Source of the DNA: Clostridia bacterium | GTDB lineage: Bacteria > Bacillota > Clostridia > UBA1212 > UBA1255 | DNA: 27,107 nt | Assembly: GCA_017560225.1 (NCBI GenBank) | Contig: JAFYOJ010000094.1 | Location: 1 to 27,107, forward strand | Direction: 5' to 3' | Shown here: piece after piece, positions 9,065 through 17,599 of the stretch | Position numbering within the stretch: the stretch's first letter is position 1 | How the letters are laid out: each line of letters starts with the position of its first letter | Notes under the pieces: model-generated | Told to the model about the DNA's origin: nothing | Databases searched by the model: none | What the model saw: the letters and a program-made list of their open reading frames with translations, nothing else | Made by a program: the position numbers and the translations under genes

Positions 9065-10435
9065 ATGTCTGAAAGAGAAAGTTTAGGTTCCCGTTTGGGA
9101 TTTTTGTTATTGTCTGCCGGCTGTGCCATCGGTATTGGAAACGTGTGGAAGTTTCCGTATATTACCGGCCAATATGGCGGCGGTATGTTTGTGCTGATTT
9201 ATCTTTTCTTCTTGATTGCCTTGGGCGTTCCGCTGATGACGGTGGAATTCTCTGTGGGTCGTGCCAGCAAGAAGAGTATTATGCGTTCTTATCAGGTTTT
9301 GGAGAAGCCCGGTCAGAAGTGGCATTATCACGGTGTGGCGGCGCTCATCGGCAATATTCTTTTGATGATGTTCTATACGGTGGTTGCCGGCTGGATGTTG
9401 CATTATTTTTATTTGACTTTGACAGGTCGTCTGGCAGGCGTGGATCAGACAGCGGTGAGCCAGACTTTTGCCACGCTTACGAACAGTCCTTGGACCATGG
9501 CTTTCTGGACTGCCATTGTAGTAATCTTGGGTTTTGCGGTTTGCGCCATTGGCCTTAAGAATGGGGTAGAGCGCATTACGAAAGTGATGATGCTGGCCTT
9601 GTTTGCTTTGATTATGATCTTGGCGGTGAATAGTATTCTGCTTCCCGGTGCCGGAGAGGGACTTCGGTTCTATTTAGTGCCGGATTTGGGTAAAATGGCG
9701 GAAGTGGGTATTGGTACTATTTTAGTGGCGGCTATGAACCAGGCGTTTTTTACATTGAGTATCGGTGTTGGCTCCATGGCAATCTTCGGCAGCTATATTG
9801 GTCGCGACCGCGCCCTTCCCGGAGAGTCTGTGCGGGTGGCGCTGTTGGACACGTTTGTGGCCATTGTGTCCGGATTGATTATTTTCCCTGCTTGCTCCGC
9901 CTACGGCGTGGCAGCCGATAGCGGCCCCAGTTTGATTTTTGAAACGCTGCCTAATATCTTCGCCCACATGCAAGGGGGCAGAATTTGGGGAAGTTTGTTC
10001 TTCTTGTTTATGGCTTTTGCGGCTATGTCTACGGTCATTGCGGTGTTTGAGAATATCAATTCTTGTGTGATTGACGTGACCGGTTGGTCTCGCAAGAAAG
10101 CTTCCTTGATCAATGGCGCGGGGATGTTGATTTTGTCCATGCCTTGCGTGCTGGGTTTTAATGTGCTTGCGGGATTCAAACCCTTTGGCGCAGGTTCTAA
10201 TTTGATGGATTTGGAAGATTTTTTGGTGTCGAATATTATTTTACCCTTGGGCGCCCTGGTGTACCTCTTGTTCTGCGTGAGCAAGAAGGGATGGGGCTGG
10301 AAAAATTTCCAAGCGGAAGCCAACACGGGAAAAGGCCTCAAGTTAGGAAACTGGATGCGTCCGTATATGACCTATGTACTGCCCGTGGTAATCTTGATTG
10401 TGTTTGTTGTGGGTTTGGTGGATAAGTTTTTCTAA
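9065..10435 (+). CDS. Sodium-dependent transporter of the NSS/SNF family
   Basis: It reads GFLLLSAGCAIGIGNVWKFPYITGQYGGGMFVLIYL, the hallmark of Na+:neurotransmitter symporter-family proteins. There are multiple TM segments. The start was set at MSERESL. Confidence 0.85.
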   Translation: MSERESLGSRLGFLLLSAGCAIGIGNVWKFPYITGQYGGGMFVLIYLFFLIALGVPLMTVEFSVGRASKKSIMRSYQVLEKPGQKWHYHGVAALIGNILLMMFYTVVAGWMLHYFYLTLTGRLAGVDQTAVSQTFATLTNSPWTMAFWTAIVVILGFAVCAIGLKNGVERITKVMMLALFALIMILAVNSILLPGAGEGLRFYLVPDLGKMAEVGIGTILVAAMNQAFFTLSIGVGSMAIFGSYIGRDRALPGESVRVALLDTFVAIVSGLIIFPACSAYGVAADSGPSLIFETLPNIFAHMQGGRIWGSLFFLFMAFAAMSTVIAVFENINSCVIDVTGWSRKKASLINGAGMLILSMPCVLGFNVLAGFKPFGAGSNLMDLEDFLVSNIILPLGALVYLLFCVSKKGWGWKNFQAEANTGKGLKLGNWMRPYMTYVLPVVILIVFVVGLVDKFF

Positions 10436-10523
10436 TGGCAGTGCTATTTCCTGGGAAATAATTGGCAAACTTCCCTCGTTGTGATTCAATGGAGAAAAAT
10501 TGATTTCAAGGGGGAGCGATGCC

Positions 10524-11303
10524 ATGTTATACGAGAAGATGCTTTTGGAGAAGCAGCGGTTAGAGAAGGATATCCGGTATATGGAGCGGAAGCTGAAGAC
10601 GCTACCGGAGGGGCGATTGATTTGTACGGGGACGAAAGCGAAACCGCAGTTCTACTATGCAATCGGCTCGAAGCGGAAATATCTTTCGATGAAGGAAACC
10701 GCGTTCATTACGCAGTTGGCGGAGAAGAAATATTATCAAGCGAAGCTTCAAGATTGTAAACGGCAGTTAAAGGGTGTGATTGCCTATTTGAAGACACATA
10801 ATCCGGCGCTGGATACCGCGACGAAACTTTTGACTGCTACTACTAAGTGTAGTGAGTTGTTAGCACCGATTTTTCGTCCAACCAACGAGCTTTTAGCGCA
10901 GTGGATGACTGCATCGTATGTCCAAAATAACAAGTATCCCAATCAATTGAGGCACGAAACAGTTCACGGGATCAAAGTGCGTTCTAAATCGGAGTCGCTT
11001 ATTACTTTGCAATTAGTGACCCACAAAATTCCGTTTCATTATGAAGAGGAATTGGAGCTGGGCGACATTCGTTTGTACCCGGATTTCACCTTGCGTCATC
11101 CAAAGACCGGCGAATTGTATTACTGGGAGCATTTTGGTTGCTTGGAGGATGTGTCCTACCAAAAGACAGTCTGTCAAAAGTTACAATTATATATGCGTGA
11201 GGGGATTTATCCCGACACTAATCTAATTATTACGTGGGAAACTCGAGAAAAGCCATTAACAATCCGTGATATTCAAGATACAATTCAAAAATACTTTATG
11301 TAA
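10524..11303 (+). CDS. Hypothetical protein with an N-terminal coiled coil and a possible C-terminal TnsA/PD-(D/E)xK-like nuclease fold
   Basis: GGGGGAG lies 7 nt before ATG 10524. The C-terminal region has SKSE ... LYPDFTL ... YYWEHFG, reminiscent of the E ... Y-x-PDF ... E-x-K order of TnsA-like nucleases, with the last motif degenerate. Confidence 0.55.
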   Translation: MLYEKMLLEKQRLEKDIRYMERKLKTLPEGRLICTGTKAKPQFYYAIGSKRKYLSMKETAFITQLAEKKYYQAKLQDCKRQLKGVIAYLKTHNPALDTATKLLTATTKCSELLAPIFRPTNELLAQWMTASYVQNNKYPNQLRHETVHGIKVRSKSESLITLQLVTHKIPFHYEEELELGDIRLYPDFTLRHPKTGELYYWEHFGCLEDVSYQKTVCQKLQLYMREGIYPDTNLIITWETREKPLTIRDIQDTIQKYFM

Positions 11304-11481
11304 AGCCATGCACAGTCATTCTGAAATTCAAATTTTGAAGTTTAGAGTGACTGTTTTCGTAAAAAACGACATTCTGTTTTTGTTTTTTAAGGTTTTGGAA
11401 TGATTTTGACGGGATTTCGGGGCGAAAAGTCATTCTGTTTTACAATTTTCATAAAAAAGAATGACTTCGCTCTCCAAGATT

Positions 11482-12135
11482 CTACTTCTTCCAAACAAAA
11501 TTATAATTAATCGACTCGCCGCCGTCCACCAAGATGTTCTGGCCGGTGCAAAATGTGTTGGTCACCGTGAGAAAATACGCCCATTCCGCGATTTCTTCCG
11601 GCGTTGCCCAACGGCGAAGGGGCGTTTCGTTCATAATCTCTGTCCATAGTGTTTCGTCGTTCATCACGCACGCATTTAAAGGCGTCAGTACGCCGCCGGG
11701 ATCTAAACTGTTGCAAGTTGCATTGTAGGGTGCTACGCGCATGGCCACATTCTTCGTGTAAGCCAAGATGCCCCCTTTGCTGGCGCAATATTCCGGAAAC
11801 TCGGCACCGGTGTGGGCACTGGCAGAGCCAATGTTCAAAATAGACCGAATCTTGGGTTGTACGCCGTATCGCTCCGTGATATGGATTAAAGCCTTTAAGT
11901 TAATGTCGATATCCTGCTCATTCTGGGTGCCGGCATTGTTGATGAGAATTTCAACATCCTCAACCTCAGGCAAACGATCGTGATCCCGCACGTCGCAAGT
12001 AAAATGGGTATAATTTCCATGGGTGATAGAGGCAGCTTGCCGGTCGAGGCCGATGACGGTGTGGTCCGCTTGCAGAAAGCGCTCCGCAATCGCCTTGCCG
12101 ATGCCTTGTGTTGTACCTGTAATGAAGATTTTCAT
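11482..12135 (-). CDS. SDR-family short-chain oxidoreductase
   Basis: It has an N-terminal Rossmann TGTTQGIGKAIA, then NNAG and a YCASK (YxxxK) catalytic motif. It overlaps the upstream transporter gene by 4 nt, so they are probably co-transcribed. Confidence 0.8.
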   Translation of the reverse strand: MKIFITGTTQGIGKAIAERFLQADHTVIGLDRQAASITHGNYTHFTCDVRDHDRLPEVEDVEILINNAGTQNEQDIDINLKALIHITERYGVQPKIRSILNIGSASAHTGAEFPEYCASKGGILAYTKNVAMRVAPYNATCNSLDPGGVLTPLNACVMNDETLWTEIMNETPLRRWATPEEIAEWAYFLTVTNTFCTGQNILVDGGESINYNFVWKK

Positions 12136-12867
12136 AGTTGCCCTCCGTTCGTGTAGGTAAAATACGCTTGTCCAATATTATTTTTCCGCCAGTTTGCCAC
12201 AATGCGATAGCCGATGGGGGAGAAGATCATTTCCATAATCAATTCTGCCACCGCTCCGGTCAGGGCGCAGACAGTACATTGAAGCCACGTCCAGTGAAAG
12301 CCATTCCAATAAATAGGTGCAAAAACCACAAAGACAATCACGGAGAAAATCAGATTATCCATAAACTGACCAATAAATGTGGAAATATAGGTGCGGGTCA
12401 TATACGCCATTTTGCCGTGGGGGTGTTTGTGAAACATTTTACCCACGCCCCAATTCAAAAAATTGTGGATGACCGCAGAGGCCAGGAATGCCGCGGTACT
12501 GCCCACTAAGATAAACCAGGTCCCGCCCAGTAAGTTGTCCAGGGTCGTGTAGTCGTTGGCATTGGAGGGGATGATGCTGGCGATGTAAAATATGCCACAA
12601 GTGAGCAAATTTATAACGGAGGCCAGCACAGCCACCTGGTTGGAAGCTTTTGGCCCGAAATGCTTGGTGATAATGTCCATGCACATGAAAGAAAGCCAAG
12701 AAATGAGAATGCCGCCGTCCAGGGCAATCCACGGGGTTTGCACCAAGGTTTTGTTGGCCAGCAAATTCATACAAATGACGCTAACCACAAACAGGGACAC
12801 TACCGTTGCAGGGATACAGCGGAATAAGATTTTTATTTCAGCCCATTCGTGTTTGATTTTTTGCTGC
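12132..12867 (-). CDS. Queuosine-precursor transporter of the YhhQ/DUF165 (COG1738-like) family
   Basis: It is multi-TM. MDIITKHFGPKAS and STFIGQFMDNLIFSVIVF match conserved YhhQ blocks as I recall them. The start was set at MQQKIKHEW, with GGAGG 5 nt upstream. Confidence 0.7.
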
Positions 12868-12992
12868 ATATAATCCTCCAAAAGAAAAGTGACTCTGCCG
12901 TGGGCAAAGTCACCAGAACAATCCTATTATGTAGTATGGAAGTCCTGGTTTTGTTTAACGACAGGATGGTACCAACGAACTGTCGTGGGGTT
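12868..12992 (-). promoter_or_regulatory. Candidate preQ1-I-type riboswitch leader: aptamer hairpin, A-rich pseudoknot tail, antiterminator and terminator
   Basis: Leader RNA hairpin ACGACAG-UUCGUUGGUACCAUC-CUGUCGU followed by UUAAACAAAACCAGG. This closely resembles the preQ1-I 3' tail UUAACAAAACAAGG. The loop UGGU can pair with the tail ACCA to form a pseudoknot. An alternative hairpin ACCAGGAC...GUUCUGGU overlaps the terminator. Confidence 0.5.
12880..12913 (-). terminator. Intrinsic terminator (attenuator) inside the transporter leader, directly before the RBS
   Basis: The RNA is GUGACUUUGCC-CAC-GGCAGAGUCAC, an 11-bp stem with one G-U pair, followed by UUUUCUUUU and then GGAGG-ATG. Confidence 0.55.
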
Positions 12993-13021
12993 ATTATATA
13001 GGATGTTGCATAGAATTACAA
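12993..13021 (-). promoter_or_regulatory. Sigma-70-like promoter for the riboswitch-transporter-SDR unit
   Basis: On the minus strand it is TTGTAA-17nt-TATAAT. Confidence 0.45.
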
Positions 13022-13417
13022 GCATAATCTTACAAGCCAGTTGATTAGGAAGCCGGCAACAATAAGGACCAAGAGGGTGTTGTTGAGCCATTTTACCTTA
13101 AAAAGTTTGCCGTCGAAGAAATAATAGGCCAGTAAAATAGGGACGGACCAGAACATAGGGTGCATAGAAAATGCGCCTTTGATATCGAGGTGTAGGAGCG
13201 CCAGGTAGGCGCGCGTCATTCCGCAGCCGGGGCATTGGATGCCCCAAAGCCACACATATAGACATTTTCCCAACAAAACGTACCAAAGGATTAATACTAC
13301 TGCGAAAAGTGCGCAGAAAAACAATTTTCCCTTCCAGTTCTTAATCTTTACCACGTTGTATACATTAAGCTGGAATACCGCTTGCAAAAGTGTACTTGGT
13401 TGCTTCGAATTCCTCAT
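13016..13417 (-). CDS. DUF2752 domain-containing membrane protein; the true start is probably downstream of the listed ATG
   Basis: CPGCGMTRA is the signature of DUF2752. The listed N-terminus overlaps the upstream TM2 gene by ~50 nt. Confidence 0.6.
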   Translation of the reverse strand: MRNSKQPSTLLQAVFQLNVYNVVKIKNWKGKLFFCALFAVVLILWYVLLGKCLYVWLWGIQCPGCGMTRAYLALLHLDIKGAFSMHPMFWSVPILLAYYFFDGKLFKVKWLNNTLLVLIVAGFLINWLVRLCL

Positions 13418-13607
13418 CGGTCATCTTGAGTACTTTGATACCCAGGAAGATGCCGTAGATTAGGTTAACGACGAACATAATATCACAGGTGATGATGCCC
13501 AAAATAATACGCCAAACACCCGTCTTGATTCGTCCTTGCATAAAACAGGGAACGCCGTATGCGTTGAAAATGATACACATAATGCCGAACAAAATTCTGT
13601 TATTCAT
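13365..13607 (-). CDS. TM2 domain-containing small membrane protein
   Basis: Two hydrophobic helices with G/N-rich patterns (ILFGIMCIIFNAYGVPCFMQGRIKTGVWRIILGIITCDIMFV) resemble TM2-domain proteins. The pairing with DUF2752 is common. Confidence 0.55.
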   Translation of the reverse strand: MNNRILFGIMCIIFNAYGVPCFMQGRIKTGVWRIILGIITCDIMFVVNLIYGIFLGIKVLKMTDEEFEATKYTFASGIPA

Positions 13608-13744
13608 ACAAATAACCTCCTATGTTTTTCTGCATACAAATTGTAGCACACTTCCCGCCAAAGTCAACGGAAAAAAGTGATGTACCAATTCCGGTACACG
13701 CCTTTGTTTATAATACAAATCAAATATGGAGAGGAGTTGATAAT

Positions 13745-15937
13745 ATGAAAAGAGCGGAATTGCATATTCATACAAATTTTAGTGATGATCTTTCTGCAAT
13801 ACAAGTTCGGGAGGTTTTGGACAATGCGGAGCGTCTGGGGCTTTCTGCGGTGGCATTTACGGACTTGAATAGTGTTCATAATTTTCTGGAAATTCAAAAA
13901 TTTGCCTACTGGAAAAATATTCAAGTTATTTATGGTGCGGAAATTGTATGCAGAAGAAAAAAACATGCACCGCGCATGAAAGTAACGCTTCTGGTTCGAA
14001 ACCAAAACGGTGTCGAAGCGTTATACAAAATTATTTCGGCCTTGGAAGCGTGCAGGGGCGGAAAAGTACTGGATTGGTCTGTGCTTGCCCAATATCGTGA
14101 GAATTTGCTGGTGGGATCTTGCGGATTTGACGGGGAACTTTATACTGCGCTGGCAAAGGATGCTTCTCCGGAACAGTTAGAAGAAATGATTGCTTGCTAT
14201 GATTATTTGGAGATTACTCCCGACACAGCACCGGAAAAACAAAGGTTGAACCGAGCTCTTGTAGAATTCGGCAAGCGCAAAGGTATTCCGGTTGTAGCCG
14301 TATCCAATGCCCATTATCTAACGCCGGGCGATAGAATTTGCCGCGATGCACTTCTTCTTGCGGGCAAAGTGGGCTCTCCGGAATGTGGGGAAGGCTATCT
14401 TCGTAATGAAGCGGAGATGGTGGCGGCTTTTTCGTATTTGGGAGAAGAAGACGCTCTCAGGGTTGTTTTTGAAAATCCTCAACGAATTGTAGCGATGATT
14501 GAATCTGTGCAGCCTTTATGCACCGGGGATCCTGCTGTTCGATTAGAGGGTGCGTTGGAACAAATTTCGCGGCGTTGTCGAGAGAAAGCGGCTGCAATCT
14601 ACGGAAATCCTCTTCCGCCGCTGGTTTCAGAGCGGCTTGAAAGAGAACTTTCCATGATTCAATGTGATGAAATGGCTACGTATTATTTGCTTAGCAGCAT
14701 CATTGCAGAGAAACTCAACGCTTCCGGTCATATTGTAGGTTGCCGCGGTACGGCGGGATCTGTTCTGGTGGCCTATTTGCTGGGTTTTACCGGCGTGAAT
14801 CCATTGGAGCCACATTATTATTGCTCGGACTGCCATTATTTTGAGACAAGCGACATTGCCCGGTGCGGCATTGATCTACCGCGCAAGCAGTGTCCTGTCT
14901 GTCAAACCGTACTGAAAACAGCGGGTCATCATATTCCGGAAGAAAGTTTTCTGTACATCGATGGGAGTAAAATACCGGATGTTGATCTTGTGTCTTGTCC
15001 GGATGCTAGAACATTGGCTTTTCACTTTTTACAACAAACCTGGGGGGGAGATCATTTTGCAATTGCCGGTTGGATCAACACCTACCAGGAAAAATTGGCA
15101 GCACACTACGTGCGAAAATATGAAGCACAGAAAAATTGCACACTTTCCCCGGAAGTACGTGCACGGACTACCGCACAGATTGCCAGTATGAAGAAAAAAA
15201 TGGTAAGAAAAATCGGCGGTGTATTACTGGCCCCTAAGGATCGGGCGTTTGAAGCATTCACTCCTCTTGAACGAAACGACGAGGATTGTCCTGTTACGCA
15301 TTTTCGTTATATCCATTTAGAACCGCCTCTTCTGTGCATAGATTTGCTTACAAGCGGTGGATGCTTACTACTGGAAAATTTGTGTCATGCTACGGGTATT
15401 GATTGGGAAGAAATTGATTTGCAGGATCCAAAGGTTATGGCACTCTTCACCAATGCCGATACGGAAGGGATTCCGGGTTTTGAAACGGTCTTTGTACGTG
15501 GTATATTGGAAAAAACACACCCTACAACTTTTGCGGAGTTGGTGAAAGTGTCGGGTCTGAGTCACGGTTGGCAAGTTTGGGCAGGTGCCGGAGAGAAGTT
15601 AATACCGGCAGGTATTCCGTTTTCTGCGATCCCCGGTGTTCGAGAAGATATTATGCAGGATTTGTGCCGGATCGGCATAAGTCGTAAGGAGGCATTCTTG
15701 CATTCTGAAAGAATCCGAAAAGGAAAAGGTTGGTGTCCGGAGCAAGATCGAGCCTTGTTGAAAGAAAAGGTTTCCGTTCTGGGAGATTGGTATTTCGATC
15801 ATTGTGACCAGATTGTTTATATGTTCCCCAAAGCCAGTGCTGTTACGCATACGTTGTTGGCAGTTCGGTGTGCGTGGTTTAAGTGCTATTATCCGGAAGT
15901 ATTCCGGCAGGAATGTGCAAAACTTATATGCAAATAG
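13745..15937 (+). CDS. PHP-domain protein resembling the N-terminal PHP/zinc-finger region of PolC-type DNA polymerase III, with no polymerase core
   Basis: MKRAELHIHTNFSDD is a PHP His motif. GHIVGCRGTAGSVLVAYLLGFTGVNPLEPHYYCSDCHY...CPVCQ parallels the PolC PHP region with its inserted zinc finger. GGAGAGGAG precedes ATG 13745. At ~730 aa it is far too short for a polymerase. Confidence 0.7.
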   Translation: MKRAELHIHTNFSDDLSAIQVREVLDNAERLGLSAVAFTDLNSVHNFLEIQKFAYWKNIQVIYGAEIVCRRKKHAPRMKVTLLVRNQNGVEALYKIISALEACRGGKVLDWSVLAQYRENLLVGSCGFDGELYTALAKDASPEQLEEMIACYDYLEITPDTAPEKQRLNRALVEFGKRKGIPVVAVSNAHYLTPGDRICRDALLLAGKVGSPECGEGYLRNEAEMVAAFSYLGEEDALRVVFENPQRIVAMIESVQPLCTGDPAVRLEGALEQISRRCREKAAAIYGNPLPPLVSERLERELSMIQCDEMATYYLLSSIIAEKLNASGHIVGCRGTAGSVLVAYLLGFTGVNPLEPHYYCSDCHYFETSDIARCGIDLPRKQCPVCQTVLKTAGHHIPEESFLYIDGSKIPDVDLVSCPDARTLAFHFLQQTWGGDHFAIAGWINTYQEKLAAHYVRKYEAQKNCTLSPEVRARTTAQIASMKKKMVRKIGGVLLAPKDRAFEAFTPLERNDEDCPVTHFRYIHLEPPLLCIDLLTSGGCLLLENLCHATGIDWEEIDLQDPKVMALFTNADTEGIPGFETVFVRGILEKTHPTTFAELVKVSGLSHGWQVWAGAGEKLIPAGIPFSAIPGVREDIMQDLCRIGISRKEAFLHSERIRKGKGWCPEQDRALLKEKVSVLGDWYFDHCDQIVYMFPKASAVTHTLLAVRCAWFKCYYPEVFRQECAKLICK

Positions 15938-16793
15938 TTTCCCCGGGCTTTACGCTATAGAGAGTGCCGTCTACATCCAGCCAAACGGTCAATAAGGTAG
16001 GATTGTAAATCATCCGGCCGTTTGCGCTGTATTGCAGGCGCTTGTAGGCTTCTACGTAATTATAAATTTCTATATTAGTGGCATACCAAATCTGGTCGTT
16101 TCCGGAAAGTTTGCGACAAATTTCTTCCATGCGATCCCAGTTGTTGTCATTGTCAAATTCATAACTGTGGCCCCAAATATACAAAAGTCTGGGGGTGCGA
16201 ATGGCGTGGTACGCTTTTGTGGAAAGATCTAATTCCAGAAATTGATCGATCCATGCCATCAAGTCCCCGTGATTGTGGTGGGCGGTGGGCATCCAAGCGT
16301 GGAAGTCGTTGGGGAGGGTAAAAGAGTTGGTATAGTACCCCAATGTTCTCGCGTAGGCAATGTCTAATTCTATTAAGTAGTTCTTAATCTGCTCATAGGA
16401 ACCGAAGTTGCCCATTTGGTTGATGCCGGTGTCGGGATAGGCCATACCGCGAATGATCTGACCGCATTTTTCCTCCAACTCCAGACGACATTCCAGTACG
16501 TCCCGGATTCCTTCGATGGTGCGGGTGTTGCCGTTTGCCCGGTGGTTGGCACCGTGGACTGCGATCTCGTGGCCTTTGGAGAGGAAAATGTCTTGGATTT
16601 CTTGGGCGGTGAAAATTTCGCCCCGCATAGAATCTGAGTTGAAGTTAAAAGTCCCTTTCATCCCATATTTATCAAACAGGGCGGCCAAACGCTTGTCTTG
16701 GATAATGCCGTCGTCGTAACTAAAGGTTACAGCCTTGGCTTTGCCATTGGGATATCGCATAAAAACAGATCGCATAGAATCACTCTCTTTCAT
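15924..16793 (-). CDS. Polysaccharide deacetylase family protein (NodB homology domain)
   Basis: It has conserved His/Asp positions of NodB-type deacetylases, such as IAVHGANH. Its start overlaps the stop of the upstream gene (TAATG), so it is translationally coupled. Confidence 0.75.
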   Translation of the reverse strand: MKESDSMRSVFMRYPNGKAKAVTFSYDDGIIQDKRLAALFDKYGMKGTFNFNSDSMRGEIFTAQEIQDIFLSKGHEIAVHGANHRANGNTRTIEGIRDVLECRLELEEKCGQIIRGMAYPDTGINQMGNFGSYEQIKNYLIELDIAYARTLGYYTNSFTLPNDFHAWMPTAHHNHGDLMAWIDQFLELDLSTKAYHAIRTPRLLYIWGHSYEFDNDNNWDRMEEICRKLSGNDQIWYATNIEIYNYVEAYKRLQYSANGRMIYNPTLLTVWLDVDGTLYSVKPGETICI

Positions 16794-17599
16794 TACAAAA
16801 TATCTTTTTTGAACGCACCGTCTAACAAGCCATAGACGTGCTTAAACCCAATTTCTTTCAGATAGGCTTTAGCATCCTCAAACCCAAAGTCCAGCGTTTC
16901 TATGGTATGACTGTCAGAAGCCAGCACCAGACCTGCCTCGGCTTTTTTGAGGATATACAGTAAATCTTCACTGGGATAGGGGGCGGTGCGCAGGTTTCTG
17001 GCAATAGCACCGGTATTGACCTCAAAAAGGCAACCGCTTTTGGCTGCTTCTTCTGTGTATTTTACAGCAATTTGCTTGTATTGTCCATTGTTTAAGAAGC
17101 GTGGCGTATCGATTTCGTCAAATTTTGTAATTAAATCAAAATGACCGATGATATCCGGCTTGCGCGTGTGTATATAAGCGCAGAACGACTGATAATACGT
17201 TTCCGCCAGTCGCGGGATGTCATCGTTGAAGGCTTCTAAGCATTTTTTGAAATAATCATAGTTGGAATCGATGGGAAAATACTGTCCGTTGACAAGAAAA
17301 TAATGGGACGATCCAATAATATAATCAAAGTTGCTGCGCGTGAGCGGGGAAAATGCGTCTTCTTCTACACCGGCATAAATTTGGATATCTTTTTGATATT
17401 TTACCTGCAGCCGCCGAATTTCCCGAAGGTACCCCTCCGTGTCTTGCATACAGTATCGCAAGTCAAAGGGGGTGTATCCGTGACCGGAAAAGCCAATGGC
17501 GTCGAACCCTTTGTTGATGGCGTGGATGACAATTTCTTCCGGGGTGTTCTTTCCATCACAGAAGGTGGTGTGGGTATGAAAGTTTGCAATCATGGACAC
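16793..17599 (-). CDS. HisJ-family histidinol-phosphatase-like PHP-domain protein
   Basis: The N-terminus is ANFHTHTTFCDGKNTPEE and further PHP His/Asp motifs follow. The size is ~268 aa. Confidence 0.8.
   Translation of the reverse strand: MSMIANFHTHTTFCDGKNTPEEIVIHAINKGFDAIGFSGHGYTPFDLRYCMQDTEGYLREIRRLQVKYQKDIQIYAGVEEDAFSPLTRSNFDYIIGSSHYFLVNGQYFPIDSNYDYFKKCLEAFNDDIPRLAETYYQSFCAYIHTRKPDIIGHFDLITKFDEIDTPRFLNNGQYKQIAVKYTEEAAKSGCLFEVNTGAIARNLRTAPYPSEDLLYILKKAEAGLVLASDSHTIETLDFGFEDAKAYLKEIGFKHVYGLLDGAFKKDIL

Noticed and set aside
9901-10341. 146-aa minus-strand ORF inside the NSS transporter gene
   Set aside because: It is antisense to a transporter with a diagnostic NSS signature.
13622-13744. 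N-terminal extension MFFCIQIVAHF... of the PHP-domain ORF; similarly the MAWKLQ extension at 8207..8242 and the MEDYM extension at 12868..12881
   Set aside because: The extensions lack an RBS and overlap neighbouring genes or the riboswitch. Internal ATG starts have good RBSs and begin exactly at the conserved family N-termini.
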